This document shows positions 48,389-58,773 of a stretch of 64,000 bases of DNA, piece by piece. The stretch is taken from contig CANFCK010000003.1 in assembly GCA_947445035.1 (NCBI GenBank), forward strand, positions 168,218-232,217, written 5' to 3'. Source of the stretch: Deltaproteobacteria bacterium. GTDB taxonomy: Bacteria > Myxococcota_A > UBA796 > SXON01. A program made the position numbers and the translations under genes. Positions within the stretch are counted from its first letter, which is position 1. Each line of letters starts with the position of its first letter. The notes beneath the pieces are model-generated. The model saw only the letters and a list, made by a program, of their open reading frames with translations, made no database searches and had not been told where the DNA came from.

Positions 48389-49654
48389 ATGTTAGCCGTC
48401 GCGGCGATGTCGCTCGCGCTGTTGTTGCTGGTCATCGCCCCGATTCGGGCCGCAGATGCGCCGATCGATCTCGCGGCCGCCTTGGATCGCGCGCTTGCCG
48501 ATGGCATCGATGCCGAGGAGGCCGCGCTCGCCCGAACCGCCGCCGCGAGCACGCTGTCCCGCCAGAAGCAGGCAGGGTTTCCGGCGCTTGGCGGGTGGGC
48601 GGCCGCTTCTGCTGGGACTGCGCAAGGCCCGGAGGCCAGCGCGGGGCTGAGCGCCGACATGACGTTGTACGGCGGCGGCTCGATCCGCGCCGGGGTGGCG
48701 CGCGCGCGCGCCCAGCTCGCCGCCGCCGAGGCTGGGGTTGAGCGGATGCAGCAGGACCTGCATCTTGCGCTGGCGACCACGATGCTGGAGCTTGCCGCGG
48801 CCAGGGCCCAGGTTGTGGCCGCAGGCTCGACGCTCGCGGCCGAAGAGGCCCTCGAAAAGCGCATCCGCAGCGGCGTCGACGTCGGCGCCCGCACCCGGGC
48901 CGACGCCCTGCAGCAGACCGCAGCGGCCGCCCGCGCGCGCTCTGCCCTGGTCGCTGCCGAGCGCATCGCGGCGCTCACGGAGCTCTCGCTGATCCAGACC
49001 CTGCGGCTCGACCCGCGGCGGGACTGGCCTTTCGCACCGCCAACCCGCGGGCCGGAGCTGGACGTCGGGGGGGTGGACGCGCTCCTTGTGCGCGCCGATG
49101 CCGAACTGCCAGAGCTCGCCGTGCTGCGCTGCGGCGTGGAAGCGGCCGACGCCGAGGTGGTCACCGCCCGCGCTGGCGGGCTGCCCAGCGTCGGCCTGGG
49201 GCTGGACGCCGGCTCCTCGCTGGCCGCCGACGGAGGTGCCGCAGCCGGCACGCAGTTCACGGACAACGTAGCGGCGACCGCCAGCGTCGGCATCACGGTT
49301 CCGATCTACGGCAGGGGCGCCACCCGGGACGCCGTCGCCCAGGCCACGATCGCGCGTGACCGGGCCGCTCTGGCCCTCGCCTCAGGGCGCGAATCGGCCG
49401 CAATCCAGGTGCGCGCGGCGCTCATCGACCTGCGGGCGGCAGCCGCATCGCTCGACGCGGCTCGGGCCCGAGACGAAGCCAGCGCCGCGGCGGTGGTGGT
49501 GGTGCGAGATCGCTACGAAGCAGGCGCCGCCGTGCTCTCGGAGCTGCTGACCGCGCGGGCGGACCTCGCCGACGCCCAGCGCGCACGCATCGCAGCGGAC
49601 GCCGAGGAGCTGCGCGCCCGGTTCGCACTGGCCTGGGCGGTCGGCGGGCTGTAG
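48389..49654 (+). CDS. TolC-family outer-membrane efflux protein
   Basis: Two OEP repeats, LYGGG, VPIYGRG, RYEAG...ELLTARADL. Confidence 0.88.
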   Translation: MLAVAAMSLALLLLVIAPIRAADAPIDLAAALDRALADGIDAEEAALARTAAASTLSRQKQAGFPALGGWAAASAGTAQGPEASAGLSADMTLYGGGSIRAGVARARAQLAAAEAGVERMQQDLHLALATTMLELAAARAQVVAAGSTLAAEEALEKRIRSGVDVGARTRADALQQTAAAARARSALVAAERIAALTELSLIQTLRLDPRRDWPFAPPTRGPELDVGGVDALLVRADAELPELAVLRCGVEAADAEVVTARAGGLPSVGLGLDAGSSLAADGGAAAGTQFTDNVAATASVGITVPIYGRGATRDAVAQATIARDRAALALASGRESAAIQVRAALIDLRAAAASLDAARARDEASAAAVVVVRDRYEAGAAVLSELLTARADLADAQRARIAADAEELRARFALAWAVGGL

Positions 49655-49711
49655 GCCGAAGTCGGGCGGCCCTCCGTACGCGAGGTTACGCGCCGCCCCA
49701 CGGGAGGCCCC

Positions 49712-51073
49712 ATGGCCGGCATCTACGACAGCATCCTCGACGCGATTGGCAACACCCCGCTGGTGCGGCTGCACAACGTCGGGAAGGACACCGGCTGCGA
49801 GCTCTTGGTCAAGTGCGAATACCTCAACGCGGGCGGGTCGGTGAAGGACCGCATCGGCCGGCGCATGGTGCTGGAAGCGGAGAAGTCCGGTAGGATCAAG
49901 CCGGGAGATACCCTGATCGAGCCGACCAGCGGCAACACCGGCATCGGCATGGCGCTGGCCGCAGCGGTGCGCGGATACCGCATGGTCATCACCATGCCCG
50001 AGAAGATGAGCCGCGAAAAGCAGGTGGTGCTCGAGGCGCTGGGCGCGGAGATCATCCGCACCCCGACCGAGGCGGCCTGGGATGCACCGGAGAGTCACAT
50101 CGGCGTGGCGATCCATCTCCAAAAACTTCTTCCAAACGCACATATCCTCGATCAGTATGCCAACCCCGACAACCCGATGGCCCACTATGAAGGCACCGGC
50201 GCCGAGATCGTGGAGCAGACCGGCGGACGCTTGGACTACCTCGTGCTCACCGCCGGCACCGGCGGGACGCTGACCGGCACCGCACGCCGCGTGAAAGAGG
50301 CCATTCCCGGCGTGAAGATCGTGGGCGTCGACCCCGTCGGCTCGATCCTTGCGGGTCCCAGTGCCATCGGCAGCTACAAGATCGAGGGCATCGGGTACGA
50401 CTTCATCCCCAACGTGCTCGACGCTGGGCTGGTAGACGAGTGGATCAAGACCGAGGATGGCCCTAGCTTTCGCATGGCGCGGCGCCTGATCCGCAAGGAG
50501 GGCCTTTTGGTCGGCGGCAGTACCGGCTCAGCGGTCTGGGCGGCCGTGGAGGTGGCAAAGCGGGTGGGTCCGGGAAAGCGGATCGTGACGCTCGCGGCCG
50601 ACGGCGTCCGCAACTACATGACCAAGTTCCTCGACGACGGCTGGATGCGCCAGAACGGCTTCACCGAGCGGAGCTGGGAGTCGGCGAGCGTGGCGGAGCT
50701 TTTGCGCTATCTCCCCCGGCGCGAGCTCATCTCGGCCGACGCCGGGCTCACGGTCGCCGAGGCGGTGCGCACGATGAAGGCGCATGGGATCAGCCAACTA
50801 CCCGTACTCGAGGAGGGGCGGCTCATCGGCATCCTAACCGAGTCCGACGTGCTCGGAAAGCTGGTGGACGGGCGCGCCAACCTCAACAGTCACGTGGCCG
50901 AAGTGATGTTCCGCAACGTGCGGACGGTCCAGGACAGCGACGACGCCGCGACTCTGACCCGCGTTTTCGCGGACGGCATGGCCGCGGTGGTCGTGGACGA
51001 CAATCGCATCGTGATCGGCCTGTTGACCAAGCTCGATCTGGTCGACTACCTCACCAAGCGGCCCGCTACCTGA
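49712..51073 (+). CDS. cbs: Cystathionine beta-synthase with C-terminal CBS domains
   Basis: IGNTPLV, GGSVKDRI, EPTSGNTG, GTGGT, YKIEGIGYDFIP, RNYMTKFLDD, CBS pair. Confidence 0.9.
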   Translation: MAGIYDSILDAIGNTPLVRLHNVGKDTGCELLVKCEYLNAGGSVKDRIGRRMVLEAEKSGRIKPGDTLIEPTSGNTGIGMALAAAVRGYRMVITMPEKMSREKQVVLEALGAEIIRTPTEAAWDAPESHIGVAIHLQKLLPNAHILDQYANPDNPMAHYEGTGAEIVEQTGGRLDYLVLTAGTGGTLTGTARRVKEAIPGVKIVGVDPVGSILAGPSAIGSYKIEGIGYDFIPNVLDAGLVDEWIKTEDGPSFRMARRLIRKEGLLVGGSTGSAVWAAVEVAKRVGPGKRIVTLAADGVRNYMTKFLDDGWMRQNGFTERSWESASVAELLRYLPRRELISADAGLTVAEAVRTMKAHGISQLPVLEEGRLIGILTESDVLGKLVDGRANLNSHVAEVMFRNVRTVQDSDDAATLTRVFADGMAAVVVDDNRIVIGLLTKLDLVDYLTKRPAT

Positions 51074-52703
51074 GCGTCCAGAGGCGCACCCCGTCCACGA
51101 GCTCCGGCGGACCAAAGGCAGCAGTGAGGACCCGGGTGCTCTCCCCCGGTAGCTGGGCGCGAGCGTCCAGTTCGGGATGAACGATGACCCAGCCGTAGCG
51201 CGCTCGCAGGCCGGACATCGCCGTCACCGACAGCTCCGGGACCCGGCGAGGACCGCTTGGGGAAGGCAAGAAGAGCCGCACGCTGGGGGCGTCGCCATTG
51301 CCCTCCGCACGCACGTTGGGCCACCACGGAACGGGGTGCCGGTGCACCGTCTGGTACCAGAAATACACGCTCGTCGCCATCGTCTGGCGGACCTGTGCCG
51401 GGAGGTCGAGGACCGCTCGCGGATCATCGGAAGCGGCGAGGCGTTCGTACACCGCTGGGACCGCGGCAGGGGCTCCTGGAAGCGGCCATACAGCCCGTGA
51501 AAAACCCAAGGTCTCGCCGATGACCAGGGGCAGCACGACCAGCCCACGCCGGCCGTACACCCGGAGCCCCTCGGCGGCGAGCGCGGCGACGATCGCGTGG
51601 GCGGTCACCGCCAAACGGGCGGGGTGGGTGATGGCGATGTCGGGCACCAAGCGGGTGAGCAGACCGAATGGGAGGAGTGGACCGCGCTCGCCGAGCGGGT
51701 AGCCGCCGGCCAAAAAAAGCCGGTCGCCGAGCCCCAAAAGCAGACCCCAGACGGCGAGCGCGAGCCACGGCAGGGTGGCCCGGGGTTGGCGCCAGACCGC
51801 GGCCGCCAACAGCAAAAGCAGCGACCAACGTAGGTAGAGCGTGTGCCGGAACTTCTCGCCGCCGTACTCCTCCTCGAAGTTGACCGACTGGAAATCCCCT
51901 GGCATCAACGGCTCGCGGATGTCAACCGCGTTGTGCCGGGCGATCGCCTGCTCCGAGCCCTCCTCCCGCTGGATGACCGCCTCCTTCGCCACCAAGGCCG
52001 CCCGCCAGGTCAGCACCGCGCCGCCGCTCAGCAGCCCCGCCAGGACAATCCCGGGCACGGCCATCCGCCAACTCAACGCGCTCCGACCCAATGCAAGCAC
52101 CGTTGCCGGGAGCAGACCCAAGATCAGCGCGGCGCCATAGTAGGGCGTGGCCCAGGTGGCGCCCCCCAGACAGAGACCGGCCAGGGACCAGGCCCTCCAC
52201 GACCGCGTCCGCACCGCGATCAGCCACTGCGCCAGCACCAGCGGCACCCAGCCGGTCGCGCAGACCTCACTGATCCCGTTGTAGAGTTCGCACAGTACGT
52301 AGGGGCTGGTGGCGAAGGCGACCCCGGCGACGATGGTGTGGGGGCCTTGCGTCCCGAGCAGCCCGGCGAACCGGCGCGCGTGGAAGCCCGCCCAGGCGAT
52401 GCGCGTGATCAACAGCAGATTCCACGCCGCCGCCGGCCCGAAGAGCAGGGTCACGGGCAAGGCGGCGAGGGCTCCGAGTGGGTCCGCGAACCAGAGCACG
52501 CCGCCGTGCGGGGTGGACAAGAGCGCCGTGCGCCACGGCAGCGCCCCGGAGCTCAGCGTTTCGGCCCACCACCACAACCCCCACACATGGTTCCAGACAT
52601 CGACGTCCGGGTGTCCGATCAGCTCGCCGCGCCCCCAGGCCGGCGCCGTCAGGACCGCCGCGAACGCAAACCAGCAGAACCACTCCCTCGCGGCGCGCCT
52701 CAC
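51066..52703 (-). CDS. Polytopic membrane protein, probable GT-C glycosyltransferase
   Basis: DVWNHVWGLWW, P-x-GG, multiple TM helices, HPARL, AVLDLP, WYQTVH. Confidence 0.65.
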   Translation of the reverse strand: MRRAAREWFCWFAFAAVLTAPAWGRGELIGHPDVDVWNHVWGLWWWAETLSSGALPWRTALLSTPHGGVLWFADPLGALAALPVTLLFGPAAAWNLLLITRIAWAGFHARRFAGLLGTQGPHTIVAGVAFATSPYVLCELYNGISEVCATGWVPLVLAQWLIAVRTRSWRAWSLAGLCLGGATWATPYYGAALILGLLPATVLALGRSALSWRMAVPGIVLAGLLSGGAVLTWRAALVAKEAVIQREEGSEQAIARHNAVDIREPLMPGDFQSVNFEEEYGGEKFRHTLYLRWSLLLLLAAAVWRQPRATLPWLALAVWGLLLGLGDRLFLAGGYPLGERGPLLPFGLLTRLVPDIAITHPARLAVTAHAIVAALAAEGLRVYGRRGLVVLPLVIGETLGFSRAVWPLPGAPAAVPAVYERLAASDDPRAVLDLPAQVRQTMATSVYFWYQTVHRHPVPWWPNVRAEGNGDAPSVRLFLPSPSGPRRVPELSVTAMSGLRARYGWVIVHPELDARAQLPGESTRVLTAAFGPPELVDGVRLWTLR

Positions 52704-53407
52704 TCGCCCTCACCGAGCCAACGTTGGTAGTTGGCGCGCAACGCGTCGGCGTACTCGTGCACGTGCGCCGAGGTCCAGCCTGACGTGTCGATCGGGGGGT
52801 GCACCTGGACGACCACACGACCGGCTTCCGCCCACCAGCGACCGGGCGGCATCAACAGACCGGGGTGAAGAAAACACACGGGGACAATAGGCGCGCCGGT
52901 TTCGACCGCCATGTGGAAGGCGCCCATCTTGAAGGGGCCGAGCCGCCCCGTTCGGGAGCGGGTGCCTTCGGCGCTGAGCACCACACTGCGCTCGCGACGT
53001 CGCAGTTCGGTGACCAACTGCGCTACCGATCGTCGGGCCGCTCCCGCGTCGCCGCGATCCACGAAGCGCTGGCCCAGCGCCACCCACATGAGGTTGAAGG
53101 GGAAAAGCCAGCGCAGCTCCGCCTTGGCGAGGACCAACGGCGCTTGCGGACAGATCGCCGCGAAGATCGGCATGTCGAGCGCGCTCTGGTGATTCGCGAC
53201 CACGATGCGCGAACCCGGATGCCGCAGGTGCTCTTCGCCGATCACCTCGATTTCGATCCCCAAAAGCCACAAGGACGGCCGGCCCCAGACCCGGGCCAAC
53301 GCGGTGGTGAGCGAAGGGCCGACCAGCCCCAAGGCGCCCAAGGCCAGCACCGGGGCCACCGAAAACACCAGGCCCGACCAGCACCAAGCCGCCAGCGCCC
53401 GCGCCAA
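52700..53407 (-). CDS. plsC: 1-acyl-sn-glycerol-3-phosphate acyltransferase (start may extend to CTG 53470)
   Basis: NHQSALD, FVDR, EGTRS, FKMGAF. Confidence 0.9.
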   Translation of the reverse strand: MARALAAWCWSGLVFSVAPVLALGALGLVGPSLTTALARVWGRPSLWLLGIEIEVIGEEHLRHPGSRIVVANHQSALDMPIFAAICPQAPLVLAKAELRWLFPFNLMWVALGQRFVDRGDAGAARRSVAQLVTELRRRERSVVLSAEGTRSRTGRLGPFKMGAFHMAVETGAPIVPVCFLHPGLLMPPGRWWAEAGRVVVQVHPPIDTSGWTSAHVHEYADALRANYQRWLGEGE

Positions 53408-53517
53408 TTCAACGACCGTCGGCCGACGCCAGGGCGGGGCGACGCGGGGATCCGGCGGCAGCGACGACAGGGCGGGACTCCGAAGCCAGCCTATCGCGGC
53501 CGAGTTAGTTCGCGCAT

Positions 53518-54627
53518 ATGGGAACTGCCCTCGATCGTGCTGCCGCCCGCGTGATCGCCGGGGAACGGATCGACCGCGCCGATGCCCTTACGTTGTGGAA
53601 CGACGCCGACGACGAGCTGCTCTCACGACTTGCGACGGGAGTGCGGGGGCGTTTTCACTCCGCAAACAGCGCGACCTACGTGATCATGGCGATTGTCAAC
53701 TACACCAATGTCTGTGTGGCACGATGCGACTACTGCGCCTTCTACAAGTTCCCGGGCGAGGCGGGAACCTACGTCCTCTCCTTCGAAGACCTGGTCAAAC
53801 GAATCGATGTGGTGGCCGGGCTCGGCGGGCAGCTCATCGGCTTCAATGGTGGCTTTCACCCTGATCTGTCGGTCGAGGACTACTGCCGACTGTTCCGACA
53901 ACTCCACGCGCACTATGGCGAGCGTCTGGCGTTCTATGAGATGACGATCGCCGAGTTCATGTTTGTCGCCAAACGAAGCCATATGAGCTACGCCGACGCG
54001 GCCAAGCGCTTCTATGACAGCGGTACGCGCTGGATCACCGGGGGGGGTGCCGAGATCCTCGACGATGCTTTCCGACTCCGACACAGCCCTGGCAAATACA
54101 AGGTGGAGGACTACTACGCGGCCCAGAGCGCGGTGCTCGAGGCGGGGCTCGGAAGCACCGCGACCATGGTCATCGGTTTTGACGAGAGCATCGACGAACG
54201 CCTGAACCACCTGGAGCGCCTACGGGCGTTCCAAGACGAGCGCACCGCCGCGGGTCGCCCTGGCCTGTCGAGTCTGTTGGTTTGGACCTTCAAACCCTAC
54301 AACACCGAGCTTGGGGGTCAGGAGGTCTCCACGCAGCAATACCTGCGCCACCTTGCGCTTTGCCGCATCTACGTGGACAACATCACCAACCTCCGCGCCA
54401 GCGTGCTCACCCGCAACGAAGACGCGTTGTTGGGGCTCCGGTACGGCGCCAACGACTTCGACCTTCCCACGGAGGACGAGGTCACTCAGAAGGCGGGCGC
54501 CACGGTTTCGCTGGAGTTCGAGGCGATCCTCGATGCGGCGCGGCGGCTCGGGTTTGTGCCCGTGAAGCGGGGCGCGTGGGCGATCGGGGGCGGAACCCGC
54601 GTTCAGGACTCGTCGACCGCGACCTGA
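53518..54627 (+). CDS. mqnC: CofH/MqnC-family radical SAM (dehypoxanthine futalosine cyclase)
   Basis: NYTNVCVARCDYCAF, GGFHPDL, GGGAEIL, STATMVIG, YGANDF. Confidence 0.82.
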   Translation: MGTALDRAAARVIAGERIDRADALTLWNDADDELLSRLATGVRGRFHSANSATYVIMAIVNYTNVCVARCDYCAFYKFPGEAGTYVLSFEDLVKRIDVVAGLGGQLIGFNGGFHPDLSVEDYCRLFRQLHAHYGERLAFYEMTIAEFMFVAKRSHMSYADAAKRFYDSGTRWITGGGAEILDDAFRLRHSPGKYKVEDYYAAQSAVLEAGLGSTATMVIGFDESIDERLNHLERLRAFQDERTAAGRPGLSSLLVWTFKPYNTELGGQEVSTQQYLRHLALCRIYVDNITNLRASVLTRNEDALLGLRYGANDFDLPTEDEVTQKAGATVSLEFEAILDAARRLGFVPVKRGAWAIGGGTRVQDSSTAT

Positions 54628-55784
54628 TTCCCACCGGCCCGTTTCGCCTGGTACATCGCCCGATCGGCACGGGCCAGCAGCCGGATGTCGCTCTGGTCGT
54701 CGGGACGAAGGACCGCGACGCCGAGGCTGGCCGAGATCGGGCAGACGAGTCCCGGGACGGTGAGCTGTGCGAGTGCCCCGCCGATGCGCTCCGCAACCGA
54801 CGCAGCCTCGGCCAGGGTCGCGCCGGGCATCACCACCGCGAACTCCTCGCCGCCAATGCGGCCGGCATGGTCGCCGCCCCGGACATGAGCGTTGAGGCAG
54901 CCTCCGAACGCGGCGAGGACGGCATCGCCCACGACGTGGCCACACTCGTCGTTGACCCGCTTGAACTGGTCGGCGTCGATGACCAAGAGCGCGAGCGAGC
55001 GAGCGCCGCTGCGCGCGCGCGAGATCTCAGCGCGCAAGATCTCGAAGAGCGCCCGCCGGCTCGCGAGACCCGTCAAGGCATCCTCACGGACGGCACGCTC
55101 CAGGAGTCCCTGGGTGGTGCGAAGGCGTTGAATCAACTCGAACCCTGCAAAGCCGCAAAAGGCGGCGCCGCCGCCGACCTGGGCGGCGATCACCAACAAA
55201 AGCGGCAACGCCGCCTCGCGACCCAGGACCATCGCGTCCACCGGGCGCGGACCACCCAGCAGCATCTCCACGGCGCGGTAGCCGAGGCCGAGGGCCATGC
55301 TTCCGAACGTTGCCCCGGCGACGAGGACCAACGCCAGCGGGCGGCCGACTGGCCGGAACAACTCCCAGACGATCGATACCGCAGCGACCGCCATCGCGGC
55401 GGAGGCCACGGCAGCGCGGCGATCGGGCCGGGGGTCCACATGGCCGAACCAGGTGTGGATCACGACGAAGCCGACGAGGCAGGCAACCGTCACCCCGATC
55501 CGACGGCGAGACGAAGGCGTGACTCCCGCGAGCCCCTGGCGCATCAGCAGCAGTCCGACCACGGCCAGAACATCCGCGCCCATCGACCACGGAGGGCTGG
55601 CCCCTGCCGTGATGTACAGCACCATGGCAGCGGTGACGCAGAGCGCCGCGCCGGCCCAGTGGCGAGGACCCCCGAGGTCTGGCAGCGCCCTCCCGGTCGC
55701 GATGGCGAGCGCACCCATCGGCAGCGCCACGGCAAGCGCTGCGTACATGAGCGTGGGGGAGTGGAGCTCGGCGATCGGGAACAC
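54603..55784 (-). CDS. Membrane-bound diguanylate cyclase
   Basis: About seven TM helices, DALTGL, DADQFKRVND, RIGGEEF, ADRAMYQAK. Confidence 0.95.
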   Translation of the reverse strand: MFPIAELHSPTLMYAALAVALPMGALAIATGRALPDLGGPRHWAGAALCVTAAMVLYITAGASPPWSMGADVLAVVGLLLMRQGLAGVTPSSRRRIGVTVACLVGFVVIHTWFGHVDPRPDRRAAVASAAMAVAAVSIVWELFRPVGRPLALVLVAGATFGSMALGLGYRAVEMLLGGPRPVDAMVLGREAALPLLLVIAAQVGGGAAFCGFAGFELIQRLRTTQGLLERAVREDALTGLASRRALFEILRAEISRARSGARSLALLVIDADQFKRVNDECGHVVGDAVLAAFGGCLNAHVRGGDHAGRIGGEEFAVVMPGATLAEAASVAERIGGALAQLTVPGLVCPISASLGVAVLRPDDQSDIRLLARADRAMYQAKRAGGNQVAVDES

Positions 55785-55965
55785 CGAGATCAGCCCCCGA
55801 CGGGAGTGAGGGCGTCACCAGCCCGCAGCGCCGGATCCGCAACGCCGAAGCCGACGTCCATCAGCGCGGCCCGGCCCGGCAGGCGGCGAGCGACGCCATA
55901 GGGCGTGGAGTCGAACTGCGCGATTGGAGCCATGGGGGATTCCCCTCGGAAGGCTCAGTAACGTG

Positions 55966-56100
55966 TCAGAACCTCGCATGCCCGGTGAGCGGGCCATTCC
56001 GGAATCGCCGGCGCCGGCCCATCAACACCACCGCGGTGAGCACCAACCATGCGTGCCCAGCGCTCCCGACGGCGGCGCACCCGACTGGTGGCGGCCACGA
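55966..56100 (-). pseudogene. Orphan MYXO-CTERM-like tail (gene remnant)
   Basis: PPPVGCAAVGSAGHAWLVLTAVVLMGRRRR with no credible upstream domain or signal peptide. Confidence 0.45.
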
Positions 56101-56512
56101 CACCGCCGCCACGGTTCTCAAGAAAAGCAGCCATTCCAGCCGCTCACGACGCGCGCCGCCGCCGCCCGGCGGCTCGGAACGGACCCGAAAGCGACGAGGC
56201 GCGGCCGCACGGGCGAGGCCCGGCTCAGGGATGGCGTCAGGCATCCACCGCCAGATGCGGCCTCTGCCGAGGCAAGCCCTGTCAGATGCGGACTCCGTCG
56301 GCGGCCGCAGTGGCTCCGTCGGACCGGCGAACGAGCCAACGCCCGTTTTCTCCCGCCGCCCCTCCTCAAGGAGCGCCCGGGGCCGCATTGGGGGAGGGAT
56401 ACCTCGCCGGGGGCCGCATCCAGCGGCACTTGGCTCTCCAGCGCCGCCGTCGGCACTGGCTCGCGCCCCCCCCGGGGCCACCGGGAGGTGGGACAGTCCG
56501 TACCGACCCCCC

Positions 56513-57361
56513 TCACACCGCCCAGGGAATCGCCTCGCCCGCGAGGAGCGCGCGGACCGCAGCCGCCACCCCGTCGCTGATGCCCGCGCTCATTCCGGGG
56601 TGCCAACCGGCCGCGTGGGGGGTGACGATCACCCGCGGATCGGTGAAGCTTGCCAGCGCCGCCGGCTCCGCTGGGAACACGTCCACGCCGAGCCCGCCGA
56701 GGTGGCCAGCCACCACCGCAGCGTAGGCAGCATCGACGTCGAGGAGCTTTCCCCGCGCGGTGTTCACCACCACACAGCCTGGCCGCAGCGAGGCGATCAT
56801 CCGGGCGTCGACGAGCTGGTGGTTGGTCCGGGTCAGGCTCGCGTGAAGGGTCAGCACCTCGACATCGCGAGGAATCGCCTGCCCGTCGCGCACCTCCACG
56901 ACCTCGGCCCCGAGCACCCGCAGCACCTCAGCCATCTTCGTCCCGATGACGCCCATCCCCACCACGCCCACCCGTCCCAGCAGCCGGGCATCGTAACGAT
57001 CGAGGCGTTTGCGGTCCCAAACACCCGCCCGCGCCGTTTCCGAGAACGCACCGAAGCGCCGTGTGAGCGCCAGCATCATCCCCAGCGCGGTCTCGACCAC
57101 AGCGTCGCGACGCACCAGCGGCAACCGTGCGCATCGCACGCCGGCGGCACGGAGGGAGGGCACGTCGAGGTTGTCAAAACCCGAGGTGGTGGTGATCACC
57201 AGCCGGGCCCGAGGCACATCCGACGGCGTGACACGCTGGGTGCTCGGCACCACCACGACGTCGGCAGCGCGCGGATCATCGACGAGGTTGACCGCATCCG
57301 GAAGCCCAATGAGCGCCCCCGTCTCGTAGTCGGCTTTGCCCCAGCGGCAGAGGGTCAACAT
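56513..57361 (-). CDS. D-isomer-specific 2-hydroxyacid dehydrogenase (NAD-binding)
   Basis: SGFDNLD, GVVGMGVIG, TLHASL, VNTARG, GVDVFPAEP, TPHAAG; start trimmed to ATG 57361. Confidence 0.9.
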   Translation of the reverse strand: MLTLCRWGKADYETGALIGLPDAVNLVDDPRAADVVVVPSTQRVTPSDVPRARLVITTTSGFDNLDVPSLRAAGVRCARLPLVRRDAVVETALGMMLALTRRFGAFSETARAGVWDRKRLDRYDARLLGRVGVVGMGVIGTKMAEVLRVLGAEVVEVRDGQAIPRDVEVLTLHASLTRTNHQLVDARMIASLRPGCVVVNTARGKLLDVDAAYAAVVAGHLGGLGVDVFPAEPAALASFTDPRVIVTPHAAGWHPGMSAGISDGVAAAVRALLAGEAIPWAV

Positions 57362-57416
57362 CGTCCCCGACCCTATCCCACCAAATTCTGGCACGCCCCC
57401 CGGATAGGCGAGCGGC

Positions 57417-58772
57417 ATGGCCAAGGTCAAGACGGCGTTCGTGTGCCAGCAATGCGGGCACCTGGTCCATTCGTGGATGGGGCGGTGCGTCGCTTGTGGC
57501 GGTTGGAATACGTTGGTCGAGGAAGTGCAGGGGAACGATGCGCCCCGGGCGGCCAGCAAGGGCCCCCGCCCCGCCACCCGCGCTCGCCCGATCACCGACA
57601 CCAGCGGGGACGCCGGTGGCGAGGTCCGACTGCGCATCGGCATCGGCGAGCTGGATCGGGTGCTGGGCGGGGGCCTGGTCACCGGCTCCCTCACGCTGGT
57701 GGGGGGTGATCCAGGCGTGGGCAAAAGCACACTTCTGCTCACGACGGCGGACGCCTTCGCCAAGCGGGGAATCCGGGTGCTGTACGTCAGCGCCGAGGAA
57801 TCGGCGCGGCAGGTGCGCCTCAGGGCAGAGCGGCTGGGGGTGCTCTCCGACGAGCTCTGGCTCCTCGCTGAAACGTCGATCACCGCAGTGTTGGAGGCGG
57901 TGGACGAGGTCAAGCCCAAGATGTTGGTGCTGGATTCGGTGCAGACCTTCTCCGACACCGAACTGAACGGCGTCCCGGGCAGCATCGGCCAGGTGCGGGA
58001 GGTGGGGCATCGGGCCATGCTCCTGGCCAAATCCAAGGACATCGCCACCTTCCTGGTCGGGCACGTCACCAAGGACGGCAACCTGGCCGGGCCGCGCACG
58101 CTCGAACACCTCGTCGACACCGTGCTTTACGTCGAAGGCGACGGGGCCACCGCGTTGCGGGTCGTACGCGCCACCAAGAACCGCTTCGGCAGCACCGGGG
58201 AGATCGGGCTGTTCGAGATGCGGGAGGAAGGCCTGGTCGAGGTTCCTGACGCCTCGGCCCGGCTTTTGCGGGAGCGGCTGCCCGATGCCGCGGGCACCGT
58301 GGTCACCTGCGCGATGGTGGGGTCACGCCCGCTGCTGGTCGAAGTCCAGGCGCTGGTGGGCCGGCCGACCCAGGGCACGCCCGCGCGAACGGTGCTCGGC
58401 TTCGAACGGGGTCGGTTGTCGATGCTGCTCGCGGTGCTCGGGCGGGCCGGGCTCGATCTGAGCGACCGTGACGTTTTTGTCAGCGTCGCGGGCGGCCTTC
58501 AGGTGGACGAGCCGGCGGCGGACCTCGCCGTGGCGATGGCGATCGCGTCCAGCGCACGTGGCCAGCCGTTACCAAGCGACCTGATCGTCCTCGGTGAGGT
58601 GGGCCTCGTGGGCGAGATTCGCGGGGTGGGCATGCCGCAAGCGCGGCTCCGCGAGGCTGAACGCCACGGGCTGCGGCAAGCGTGGGTGCCGCCGGGCGTG
58701 GAGTACGCCGGGCGCCTGCGGATCGACGAGGTTCGGCGCGTGGGCGACGTACTCGGAAAGTGGGGCGCGTGA
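57417..58772 (+). CDS. radA: DNA repair protein RadA/Sms
   Basis: CQQC...CVAC, GDPGVGKSTL, KNRFG, EVQAL. Confidence 0.97.
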   Translation: MAKVKTAFVCQQCGHLVHSWMGRCVACGGWNTLVEEVQGNDAPRAASKGPRPATRARPITDTSGDAGGEVRLRIGIGELDRVLGGGLVTGSLTLVGGDPGVGKSTLLLTTADAFAKRGIRVLYVSAEESARQVRLRAERLGVLSDELWLLAETSITAVLEAVDEVKPKMLVLDSVQTFSDTELNGVPGSIGQVREVGHRAMLLAKSKDIATFLVGHVTKDGNLAGPRTLEHLVDTVLYVEGDGATALRVVRATKNRFGSTGEIGLFEMREEGLVEVPDASARLLRERLPDAAGTVVTCAMVGSRPLLVEVQALVGRPTQGTPARTVLGFERGRLSMLLAVLGRAGLDLSDRDVFVSVAGGLQVDEPAADLAVAMAIASSARGQPLPSDLIVLGEVGLVGEIRGVGMPQARLREAERHGLRQAWVPPGVEYAGRLRIDEVRRVGDVLGKWGA

Positions 58773-58773
58773 C

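Noticed and set aside
24580-54627. UbiD-type decarboxylase and mqnC as a novel pathway
   Set aside because: Both fit the known futalosine menaquinone route, whose genes are often dispersed
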